Below, in pieces: positions 36,078 to 50,510 of a stretch of 58,018 nucleotides of DNA. The notes below the pieces were generated by a model. It was not told the DNA's origin. It ran no database searches and was given only the letters and a program-made list of their open reading frames with translations. The number at the start of each line of letters is the position of its first letter. Within the stretch, counting starts at the first letter, position 1. Source of the stretch: Spirogloea muscicola (Eukaryota); contig WELB01000030.1 in the NCBI GenBank assembly GCA_009602725.1, positions 405,364 through 463,381 on the forward strand, written 5' to 3'. A program made the position numbers and the translations under genes.

Positions 36078-37080
36078 TCAGGTTGTGACGGACGCGTTTA
36101 TATGTGGCCTAGGGCTTAACAGCATAACAGGGGATTGGCTGCTCATGGCCAGAGAGCAAGGGCAAGTACCAAGAATCTGCTGTGAAGTACAAAGTGCTGC
36201 AGCTGAGGTCGAAGCAGAATGATCCAGCCATTGCACCTTAGCCTCGACGCCAACCCTGACCCTATGAAGTAGATAAGCCTGATCCAGGAGACGTGGTGGC
36301 AGTGGCATATATGCAATCCTCACAAGAGCGGCGGCGTCGATTCCCTGGAGGCCTTCAGTCGGGCCGTCTGCGCCGCCCAATGTCGCTCCCGTAGCTGGAT
36401 ACTCCACCACGCCGTCCCGGTCCTGCAACTCCGTGAGCTTGTGCTGAAGGAAGCTGAAATGCAGGAGCCAGCGGCGCCGCCGCGGTTAATTACCAAGGGC
36501 CATCAAGTTCTGAGCTCACGGCTGCAGCAGCACAGCCGATTCCAGGAGCAGCGCTGCCTGGACAATCGAGAGGAAGACTCTTCCTCTCGAGTAGAAGGCG
36601 ATGGCTGTGGATGGCCAGCCCAGAAACAAGAATGAAGAACGCCGAAAGAGGCCACAAAAACGCTAAAGCACACAGCAACTCAAGTGTCCCGAGCAATCGC
36701 TCGTGGAGGCAGGCCGGAGTCTAGGATGTAGGTTTCAATTTCAAAGTTGATGCTTTACGGGTTTTGGGCTTGAGAGTTTAGGTGTTAGGTGCTTGGCGTC
36801 TTGGGTACCGGATCTCCTTGCGCAGGCGGCGCCACTCCGCCCTGGCGGCCAGGAGCTCCGCGCTCGCCTCCAGCGCCTTCTGTGCAGCGAGAGCCCCACT
36901 GCGATGCGCCTGAGAAGGCGGCAGCTCGGCAGGGCCGCCGCCGCCGCCGCCGCCGCCTCATGCGCAGCGGAGGGGCCGCACCGCCTCCATCTGGAAGAAC
37001 TCGCGGGCGAGCGCCGCGCACTTGCGCGCGTACGGGTCGGTGTCGGCCACGGCGCGCTGCAGCTCCGGGAAGAGCGTCAT
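36078..37080 (-). CDS. Small coiled-coil protein, INO80E/TFPT-like pattern (tentative)
   Basis: GT-AG exons join as MTLFPELQRAVADTDPYARKCAALAREFFQMEA | AHRSGALAAQKALEASAELLAARAEWRRLRKEIR | FLQHKLTELQDRDG. The 3' end is uncertain. Confidence 0.5.
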
Positions 37081-37487
37081 GGCGGGCCGCCGCCGCGCCG
37101 CCGCGAGTCGGGCCTGTGCCGAGCGCCGNNNNNNNNNNNNNNNNNNNNNNNNNNNNNNNNNNNNNNNNNNNNNNNNNNNNNNNNNNNNNNNNNNNNNNNN
37201 NNNNNNNNNNNNNNNNNNNNNNNNNNNNNNNNNNNNNNNNNNNNNNNNNNNNNNNNNNNNNNNNNNNNNNNNNNNNNNNNNNNNNNNNNNNNNNNNNNNN
37301 NNNNNNNNNNNNNNNNNNNNNNNNNNNNNNNNNNNNNNNNNNNNNNNNNNNNNNNNNNNNNNNNNNNNNNNNNNNNNNNNNNNNNNNNNNNNNNNNNNNN
37401 NNNNNNNNNNNNNNNNNNCGCGGCGGCGGCGGCGGTGACGGGAGGCTGCGGGAGAGGCGTCAGCGGCTGCGGCGGCGCCGCGCCGCC

Positions 37488-38966
37488 ATGGGCGCCCGCA
37501 ACCCCGCCGCGACGCTGTTCCTCGGTGACCACCGGAGCCTTGCTCTCGTTGGCGCCACTGGGGGCTCTCGTCTCCAGCGCGCCTTGTCGCGACGGCGCTG
37601 GCCGTCTGAACCTCGTGCCGTGCCTTCGACAGGCAACCTCCACGAGCGCGTGGACGAGCGGCTGCTGCTGGAGCTGATGGCCCAGGCGGGTCCCGTGGCG
37701 GACGTCCACATCCCGCGCGACCGCGAGACGCGCCGCCACCGCGGCTACGCCTTCGCCGAGTACGAGACCGAGGAGATCGCGCGCTATGCGCTCGAGCTCT
37801 TCTCGGCGCAGCCCATCTACCTGTACCACCGCCTCGTGCGCTTCATGGCGAGTCCCTCGCTGCCTAAGACTGCTGGACGCCTTTCCTTCACCTTGCCAAG
37901 CTTTGTCTTGTCTTGCCCGTCCTTGCCCTACCCTGCCCAGCTTCCAGTAGCCTTTCTCCCCCACAAAGCCCTGGCACCTGCTCTGCGGCTGCTGGCTGGT
38001 CAAGCCCTCACCTGCATCTTCGAGCGTCAGTCAAGGTCGGCCGAGCACGTCCAAGCTGGCACGTTGTGAGGCTTGCTCGACTAAGAGCCCCATCCGCGCT
38101 CCGGGTGGGCTTGTCCCGCTGCTGGCGGTAGCAGGGTGGAAGTGTCCCAAGGAGGACTCTCAGCCTCGCAATGAGCCGGTTGGGCGAGCCTATCCGCATG
38201 AGCAACGAAGCCGCAAGCCAACCCCTCCAAGCCTCTCACGTCCCATGAGGGTAGTCGGCGCCTAGACGACTTGTACAGCAGAAGCCACAGCTCTTAAGAT
38301 GCTAATTCGTGGGTATGCTCTGCCTCTGACTGCTCCTTGCTTGGAGGGGTTCTCTTCAGATGTCCGGTGCAGACAAGCAGAGGAGGCAGATCCCGGCCAG
38401 CCCTTATGATATGGGACAGCTGGACGGTGGCTTCCTTGATCCTACACGACAGCAAGCCTGCCTGCCGCTTCCCTTGCAGTTCCTTCCAGGTGTCGGTGCT
38501 GGCCAGCTCCTGAATGTGCTGACCGATTGCCCTGACCTCTAGCTGACCAGCAACTAAGGGGGACGTATACCTGCTTATAGTTGTGCTGCAGATGTCACTT
38601 GCCTCCCATTCTCTAATGGCCACTTGTAGAGCTCAGCCTTTCCTTAGCCGTCCAATTGGCAGGGCAGGCTTAGTTGCACACAGACAATGTACCGTCGGTA
38701 CGAAGGGTCCAGGGTTGATGCACTGGGGTTTAGAGTCTAGGGTGTAGGCTTTAGTGCTTAGGGCAGCCCCTCGTTTGAAGCTCCTGCAAGTGTCACGTCT
38801 TTGTGCAGCTTATGGTGCTCCCAGCCCGAACACAACAGCGCCAATATTCTTTGCTGGCCGTGGCTACAATGGGACAACGGGCCAATTGGGCCAATCGCAC
38901 CCCGACAATCCGAGTGCAGGCGCGGATAGTGGGCCGCTCCTCCCAAGCCCTTTGCAGACTACATAG
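37488..38966 (+). CDS. RBM7: RBM7-like single-RRM RNA-binding protein
   Basis: MGARNPAATLFLG | NLHERVDERLLLELMAQAGPVADVHIPRDRETRRHRGYAFAEYETEEIARYALELFS...LYHRLVRFM | MSGADK matches the plant RBM7 RRM as I recall it. The C-terminal low-complexity exons are uncertain. Confidence 0.75.
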
Positions 38967-40495
38967 TGTGGTGATTGCAATGTTGTCCTTCTCCTGGACA
39001 ATCTTGGAGGCTGCTGTACTGCCCTTAGAGTCCGCAGATAGCTTCAGATTCATTGCACCAATGTGACAGAGGCACTAAGCAGCAAGCTCAAGGCGGGGAC
39101 TGCCTGCAGAAGCCAGGACTACATATTCAATAACAGGGCTGCTTCATCTTTGCTTCAAACTAGGTGAGCAGAAGCTTTAGGGGGCAAAGGGGGCTGCTTA
39201 GAAAGCTTGCAGCAGAAAAGGGGAGCTCAGACGGCCCACAACAATATCAAAGTTGGTCAAATAATTGTACGCCCCTGCGCCACTCAACAGCAACCGCGTC
39301 GATCTTGCACATAGACTCCAGTGTATCTATTAGGTTGGGCCAGCAATGACCCATTTGCGTGGATGTCAAGTTCCCCCCAACGAGGAGCAGCCCTTGCCCA
39401 AAGTTGCACATCGTGCCTTCATTTGTGTGCTTTAGCCCTTGCCCTGCACTCTTGCTCGTGACTCAAGATTGAAATAGCTGGCCTTTGCACTGCTGTTAAA
39501 CCAAAGTTTGTGTGGTGTTGGAGAGACATGCAGAGGTTTTGACAGGCTTCCAAACTTCATGGTGAAGGACAACTCAGACCAAAGGCTCATGCATACAGCA
39601 ATTTCTTTTAGAAACCACGATGATGAAAGCTTATTCAAGCCTAGCCTCTAGATTCATATAAATGTCGCGACACCAATGTATGTCGGCAGAGACGGCAAAT
39701 GTTGGAGACTGTGGAATCTTGAGATCAGAAGGCTACGAACAGCTCTGTCACATCAGAGGTTGGTCCAAGTGAAATGCCAGCGAGGACAAGCGCAATTGTC
39801 GTCCATCTTCGCAACAGTCCATCTGCATTTCCAAATTGGCGGAAGGGGCTCCTTCAAGAACAGGAAGCGCATCCAAAGAGGGCCAGCGCTGCAGAAAAGC
39901 CAGCCCGAAAAGAAAGAACAAGTTCCAAAGAGCAGTGGCTCTGGATGTCAGCCCAAAACAATCTTCAGTATGTTATATATGGCTCCGGTGAAGCATTGTC
40001 CGACGTCCAATCTTCATTGGGCTGGCTTTTCACAGCCATCGCCCACTTTTGGGAACAATTTTCTCTTTCGACGGGAAAACAAAAGAGGAAGAAGCTCTAC
40101 TGCAAGGAAGCGGTGCCTGTGAAAGAGAGAGGCTCTTCCAATGTAAAGCAATAGCTGGGAAAGGCCAGGCCCAAAGAAGAATGGACGACAAGGTCAGGGT
40201 CAAGTGGGAGAGTGGAAAACGAGGTGCTTGTTGTTGACCTCGGCCACCAGTATATGCCACTTGGCGCTGCAGCCCACGTGGAGGCACTTGGCGGCGAGCA
40301 ATCAGAGCGTGGGGAGGGTGGTGCTTGTTTGTGGCCGGCTCGACCCCCAAGCGGGGGCGTCTGCCGGCAGACGATTGAGGCATGCCCGCAAAACGTTTGC
40401 AAACACCCCTTTGATTCAGCGCACCCCGACGCCCTCGTGGGGCCGGGCAGAAACCCCGCACATTGCTTGATTCGAAACGTCGGGCAGTCCCACGC

Positions 40496-40534
<39 letters not shown>

Positions 40535-40537
40535 GCC

Positions 40538-41934
40538 ATGGCGACGCCGCGGGAGGTCAGCTTCTTCAAGGCCAAGCTGGCGGAGCAGGCGGAGCGGTAC
40601 GACGCCATGGCGGCGTGCATGGGCGAGGTGGCGCAGGCCGCCGGCGGCGGGGACCTGACGCCGGCGGAGCGCAGCCTGTTTGCGACGGCGTTCAAGAAGG
40701 TGGCGGGCGCGCGGCGCTCGTCGTGGCGCATCATCTCGTCCATCGAGCAGCGGCAGCGCGGCCAGGGCAATGCCGCGTTCGCGGACATCGCGGGGGCGGC
40801 CAAGGCGGAGGTGGCCGCGGAGCTCGTGCAGATCACCGGCGACGTGCTGCGCATCCTGGACTCCACGCTCATCCCCACCGCGGCCTCGGGCGAGTCCAAG
40901 GCCTTCTTCCTCAAGATGAAGGCCGACTACCATCGCTACCTGGCCGAGATCTCCCCGCCGGACGGCCGCCAGGGGCCGATCGAGGGCGCCACCCAGGCGT
41001 ATGCATCCGCTCAGGTGAGCTCCCCGACGCCACTGCTCCACGGCCGTGGTCTTATTCCATAAAATTGCGAAGTTTTCAATGCAAGACAATGCCTTTCTTC
41101 AGGTGCATGTTGACTTGATGACTGTCTCGCTAAATGTTGACATGCAAGCAATCTTATTTTCTCAAATCCCTCAGAAACCATGAGCATTGTCGACCAATGA
41201 ATGTCTTCTGCAGGAGATAGCGCGAGCAGAGCTACCTGCGACCAACTCCATCCGGCTGGGTCTCGCTCTTAATTCGTCAGCATTCCAATTTGAGATACTC
41301 AAGAACCAAGAGCAAGCATGCACTACCGCCAGACAGGCCAGTGACATAGGCGCCTCAGTAGCAGCTAAGGCATTGAGCTTCAATGTTGCTGGTTGCATAT
41401 TGAGATGAGGAGCACGATGTCACTGTCAGGTGTTTGCAACCCAGGTGCACTGGGGTGTAAGGCAGGTAATTTTCTGCATGCCAGTAAATATCAGTAACTT
41501 AAGTGCATCTCCACATGCTTGTAAGTGGATGTTCAGAAGCTCATGTTGCTGCACAAGCTGTTGCAGGCACTGGAGGATGCCAATGCAGAGTTGGAGAACT
41601 CTACGCAACCCACTCAAGAGGATGACAGCGTGCTGATTCTGCAGCTTCTGCAGGACAATCTGCAGAACTGGTCGCCTGCAGAGCCTGTATGAACAAGGGC
41701 CCTCTCTTCAGTCAATACGTGGAATAGATCCCATTGTCCAGAAGACGAATAGGCACGGGCACCATCATGTGTCCTCGCTACGCCACACTGAGAGCCTTGT
41801 GCCAAGCTAACCATTCTTTGGATAATGCGCAGGAGCAAAAGCAAGGTGAAATTTCAGAAGAAGCTCCCACGAGCGCAGCAGGTGTAGCAGGCCCAGCAGG
41901 CATTACAGGCTCAGATGCTCCAAAAGCCCGTTAA
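40538..41934 (+). CDS. Divergent 14-3-3 protein, 4 exons
   Basis: Exons 40538-41014, 41213-41336, 41567-41686 and 41833-41934 (first two approximate). Motifs [56 protein letters not shown]. Confidence 0.85.
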
Positions 41935-43814
41935 AGAGCTGCTACCTGCTACTGCTTGGGAATCAGGTACGATCCAGCTATCACCTCGTCAAAGTTGCCA
42001 AATTGATTTCTTACACTTTTCTTCTGAGGTGATTCGGGCCTGGGTTGACCAACCTCAGTACACGAGAGTTGCTCATGTCAGGTACACTACACTGGTGTGG
42101 TAGTAGTTGAGCAGACAGACTAATGTTCTTTTCCATTAGCCTATTGAGCAGTCCCCATGCTCATATGCAGCACAAGTATAGGATGATGCTTGCCTGCCAC
42201 TGCTGGGCATGACTTATGGCATAGGTGCGTATGACGCCATAAGTGGCCCTGGGAGGCAGTTGTCAAGTTGATCGGCATTTGTGCCTTTGTCCGCTAGCAT
42301 AGAAGCCCATGTAGCACTCTCTGTACTTTGACGTTTCCATGCACAGCAAAGAGCTACGAAGTGCAGCATCAGGTGATTGGTGGTGATTGCTAAAAGCTGG
42401 ACATCAGTAGCTAGCATGCAATGTGGGATGAAATTGTGCTGGAGCTGTAGGCCCTTGAGCGCACCTCGCTGGCTACCTATGCTCTTTACTTGTTGCATGG
42501 GTGCATTTAGTAGCAAGGGGGCATGCTTGGCTCCGCAGCACACTGAGCAACGAGGCTTCCTTGTAGCGATGAAGAGCACCTGCTTGGACTCTACATTGAT
42601 CGTGCAATATTGGAAAGACCAGCTACGACATACAGGTACGAGAGAAAGGGCCTCTTTCAAAAGGGGGCAAGGAAGCCTGTGAAAAGCCAACACAGGGAAG
42701 TTGGACAACGTCCAATGGGCTGTAATCCGCTATGACCACACAGCTATGCAAGTGGCTAAAGCGAATGGGAGCTCGGTAACCCTGAGTCAGCAGCCGCAAG
42801 TAGGAGTAACTTACGGCTGGAAAAGATTCACTCTCATGAAACTCAGAAGTAGCAGCGACAGCGCGGCCTGCTCGCAAGTGTGCAGCATGAGCACAGACAA
42901 TGCCGCAGAGGGTGCAGTAGCAGAGAGCCTCAGGCCCGGATGCTAGGGTTGAATCCATCCTCTTATCAGGTCAGCAAGTTGACCAAGCGATGCTGCATCC
43001 CTTCAGGGGAGAAGGTGATCCTCACAAAGAATTGTGATACCAGAGTGCTTATGACCCAGTCAGCAGAAGGCGCGAGTGCATGCAACAAGTGTGCGTGCCT
43101 GCGTGTGCCTGTGCCTGTGCCTGTATCTGCGCGTGTGCATGTGCATGACAAGAGGCTGTTTACCAAGCTGGACGAGCTCTTGGTGTATGAGGAACTAAAT
43201 AAAGGAATAGGTGGTATATGGATGATGTAGAGCAGATGTGAGAGCCAGCCAGTGGAAAAACTCCCCTGCAAGGGCTTGTCACATGAATGCCACATCACTG
43301 TTGATCAGCTTTCAACGGGCTGAGAGAAAGGGGTGGATGTCCACCCGCAGAAGCCCGATTGCTGCTCTGCTAAGATAGCTCTGTAGACGTGGTCAGGCAG
43401 CCCCCGAGAAAGGCTAGCCTGTTCCAGCCCCCACATGAAGCAGCTCTTCCAGAGGAGGCGAGGGTTGTGAAAGCCCAGCCCACAGTAGATGCACTAGGGG
43501 CCCAGGAAAGAAGCTTGGTCAAAAGGGTGCACAAAAAGAAGAAAGAAAGAGCTCGCCCATTGAGGATAGAAGAAGGCTGCTCGCCCATAGAGAAAGAGGG
43601 GCTGGAACAGCCAGCCCAAAAAAGAATGAGCACAAAAAGGACTGCTCCAGGTTGCTTGATAGCGGGCGTAGATGAAAAGCCTGCGAGACGTTGTGGAGAG
43701 GTGGTTGGAAACGGCGGCGGGGGGCCCGTTTCGGGACCGGCGCTTGGGAACGGCTGGGAACGGCTAAATAACAGCGCATTTCCCACCACTTCAATGGGCA
43801 AGCCAGGGTGGGGT

Positions 43815-44185
43815 GAGATGGGGAGGCCATGTGTGGCCAAGTACAAAGGTAAGCACATTGACAAATGTACGTCACCTGCTGCTAGAAAAGTGCGTGTGTA
43901 TTAAGAGATGGGGAGGCCATGTGTGGCCAAGTACAAAGGCAAGCACATTGGACAAATGTACGTCACCTGCTGCTAAGCTGACCCGCTCAGTAACCACGAG
44001 TCAGCACATAGAGGTCGCTAGCTGACGCTCGAATACCGGACGGCAATTGACTAGCTCTTGTGCCAGCAGCTAAGGCTCGACCAGCTTTCTGATGCAGAGC
44101 ATACGCCTGAGCTCGTTGCAGACAGGTTGACACTCGAGGTCGCAGAAATGACAGATAGGCTGCCGGCATACCCATCTGGGCTGGG
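43815..44185 (-). mobile_element. CRE-like family A 3' fragment with a tandem duplicate of its terminal ~70 bp
   Basis: High identity to 7712-8005. The segment gagatggggaggccatgtgtggccaagtacaaagg.aagcacattg.acaaatgtacgtcacctgctgcta occurs at about 43814 and 43905. Confidence 0.85.
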
Positions 44186-44287
44186 AGGGGGGGACACACC
44201 ACGACCCCCTTCCTTGGCTGTCTGGGTCCTCGATGTCACACCCTCCTCCAAAACATTGCCAATCTAGGCTACACACGACGTGCAGAT

Positions 44288-44483
44288 GTGTTTCCGGCTG
44301 AAATGGGCTTGCCAGCTGCATATTTGTCGTTCTTGCGACGTCGAGTTTCGGCCTGTTTGCAGCGAGCTCAGGCTAATGCCTTGCATCAGAAAGCTGGGCG
44401 AGCTCTAGTTGGTGACAGAAGGGCTTCGTACCTGACATCTAGTATTCATGCATCGGTTAGCGACCTTTATGTTTTGACCCGTG
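44288..44483 (+). mobile_element. CRE-like subfamily A' 3' fragment running into a gap
   Basis: Encodes PAEMGLPAAYLSFLRRRVSACLQRAQANALHQKAGRALVG. Confidence 0.8.
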
Positions 44484-45357
44484 NNNNNNNNNNNNNNNNN
44501 NNNNNNNNNNNNNNNNNNNNNNNNNNNNNNNNNNNNNNNNNNNNNNNNNNNNNNNNNNNNNNNNNNNNNNNNNNNNNNNNNNNNNNNNNNNNNNNNNNNN
44601 NNNNNNNNNNNNNNNNNNNNNNNNNNNNNNNNNNNNNNNNNNNNNNNNNNNNNNNNNNNNNNNNNNNNNNNNNNNNNNNNNNNNNNNNNNNNNNNNNNNN
44701 NNNNNNNNNNNNNNNNNNNNNNNNNNNNNNNNNNNNNNNNNNNNNNNNNNNNNNNNNNNNNNNNNNNNNNNNNNNNNNNNNNNNNNNNNNNNNNNNNNNN
44801 NNNNNNNNNNNNNNNNNNNNNNNNNNNNNNNNNNNNNNNNNNNNNNNNNNNNNNNNNNNNNNNNNNNNNNNNNNNNNNNNNNNNNNNNNNNNNNNNNNNN
44901 NNNNNNNNNNNNNNNNNNNNNNNNNNNNNNNNNNNNNNNNNNNNNNNNNNNNNNNNNNNNNNNNNNNNNNNNNNNNNNNNNNNNNNNNNNNNNNNNNNNN
45001 NNNNNNNNNNNNNNNNNNNNNNNNNNNNNNNNNNNNNNNNNNNNNNNNNNNNNNNNNNNNNNNNNNNNNNNNNNNNNNNNNNNNNNNNNNNNNNNNNNNN
45101 NNNNNNNNNNNNNNNNNNNNNNNNNNNNNNNNNNNNNNNNNNNNNNNNNNNNNNNNNNNNNNNNNNNNNNNNNNNNNNNNNNNNNNNNNNNNNAAGGGGC
45201 CCCCCCCCCCCCCCCCCTCGCACGCCCCGTTCCCCATCGCCCCCGTTCCCCACTGAGAGGGCGCGGCCACCCGTCTCCTCGCCCGTCAGAAACCCCCGCT
45301 TCCCATTCCCAGCGGCCCGTCGGCCCCGTCCCAGCCCGCCGAGGCGCCGCCGGCGCG

Positions 45358-46565
<1,208 letters not shown>

Positions 46566-47570
46566 AGCCGAGGGTGACCTTTTCAGAGTAGCTTGGCAGT
46601 CACAGTATCCCTGGCCAAGGCCTAGCCTCATGATGGTGGCAGATTAGCTCCGCAGGTCCACCGCTAGTACCAGCAGCTACAGAAGAGGGGTGTTAGGAGG
46701 AAGGGTTTGCGACTGAGCTCTTGCAGCGCCAACAGTGTGTGCTCTGCAGCACAAACATCAATGCTGTTGTTGGCTGCTGTCAGGTGGTTGGACACCAAGG
46801 CAATTGTCTTATTACATCAAAGTGCAAATATGTTGAACACGTTTCCCTGACACTGGGCTTGCCAGCATGAGTCCTTACCTACTTCTGATTGACCTGACTG
46901 GCCAGGCTCGAGTCTAATGTACCCTGTTGTGAAAGTTGTACTAGGCCACCACCATGTCACCTCGATTTGCTTGTGCAAAGCACATGGGCCATGACTTCGT
47001 TAGGTTGCTACTTTCAAGGCATGGTTTTTCCAGCAGATTCCGGCTGGACGAAGTGTACTGTAGACCAGCTCTGCCTGGTTTGGGCTGGCCTTTCACAGCC
47101 AGGAAAGACTTTCTCTCATTTGTTACCTCATCAAAATGGTGCTGAGATGTGGATGCAGAGGGCTGCTCAAAGTCAGTTTGTCAGACAACCACCTGATAGG
47201 CGTTCAACAGTGCTGGCAAGGCCGGCACTCCACCAATTTCTTGTCTATGTCCGGTGGCCAACACAGGCACCTTCGGCACTACTTTGACATGATTTCAGCA
47301 GCCTGGCTTGTGAGCAACAGGCACAGTGGCAAGCCTCTTGTCACCCAATCTTAGTCACCACATGAAGAAGCCTACCAATCTTGCGCGGCTGGCATGTTGC
47401 TGGAGGCAAAGGCCACCTTCCAGCTCGCTGGAACGTTGTCGATACTTCACCACGTTACTAGACCACACTCCGTCGCATAGCCTCGGTGGCATGCCGCAGT
47501 GGCAAGTGCAGAAGGAATCAACTCCGTGAAGTACGGCAGCAGCCGCTGCTCCGAGGGCACATAGTCTCTC

Positions 47571-48063
47571 TTACTCGGAGGCATCCTGAGCGACAGCCTC
47601 CTTCTTGGGAAAGTTTTTGCACCAGAGCTGGGAGGGAAGCGGTCGGATCGGAGCGAGCGGCCGTTGCTGCAGGCACGGTCAGAATGCCCTCACAGCGTTA
47701 GGGAGCGAGAATAGCGACTGCTCCTGCCGCCAACTGAGGGCCTCGTCCGTTGCTTCCGGTCCTGAAGTCTGCAAGGCGCAACCAGGCACTGCAGCCAGGG
47801 CGGGAGGACCTGCAGTGGCCGCTACATCCGGAGGAACTATGCGCATCAAAGGCTGAGAAGGGGTCTGGAGAAGAGGCAGGCTGCACCTCGGCTGCCGCGG
47901 ACGCCATGGCAATGGGAGCAGCGACAGCGGCGATGGCCAGCAGCGCGACCGCAGTGTTGCGGCGCCAGCGCCGGGGGTCGCAGAACCACCCGCCCGCCGG
48001 CGACCAGACGTCCACGGGGTAGCCGGGATGGTGTCCGCCACCGCCGCCGTGGCCGCCTGCCAT
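47571..48063 (-). CDS. Small mitochondrial complex I membrane subunit (plant KFYI/NDUFC1-like), 2 exons
   Basis: MAGGHGGGGGHHPGYPVDVWSPAGGWFCDPRRWRRNTAVALLAIAAVAAPIAMASAAAE | QRPLAPIRPLPSQLWCKNF. The VWS..GG, WRRNTA and PSQ.WCKNF motifs match the plant family as recalled. Confidence 0.8.
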
Positions 48064-48693
48064 GGCCGCCGCCGCCACCCGACGCAGCGGCCGCCGCCGG
48101 GTGGCCTACGGTGAGTGCTTGGGGAAGTGGAGGAGCTTGCGAGACGATGGGGCGGCGTTAGAGCGTCCCGTCGTCTCGGCCCAAGCGGGGAGACCCCGTC
48201 TCGGGCTGACGGCGGCCGCCGTCTGCGGCAGATGGGGAGGGGAGGCGCCTTCGCCGTCTCGTGCCGTCACGCCGTCTCGTCGCGCTGCCAGAAGGCCAAG
48301 CCCGGCTTGGGCAGACGGCGTCCGCCCAATCGGCCAGGTGGGAAAGGGGGGGGCGCCCCAACGCCGTCGCGTCTCGTCTCGCCGTCCCTTCCAGTTGGGG
48401 CCACGACGTCCGCCCTTGCCCCCCCAATGGGACAGCCACCCCACCCCCCCTCTCGTTAAGAGCAAGCACTTAGGGCCGATTCACACTTGGTCGGTCGGTC
48501 GCAAATTGGTCCTCGTGTTGGCTTCGTTTTGACAGAACTTTGACCTCAGACATCCATACAACGCGCGACACGTACCCCTCAGCCGCGACCAGCCGACCAA
48601 GTGTGTTTTGGCCCTGGCTGTCGTCCGCCTGGTCCATCCTCCCCACTCTCTCCCATCCCCTCGGTCACGCGCCCGCAACGCCGCCGCCGCCGC

Positions 48694-50510
<1,817 letters not shown>

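Noticed and set aside
40494..40537. (GCC)n runs before start codons
   Set aside because: They are common to many 5' UTRs in this window and reflect general genome composition.
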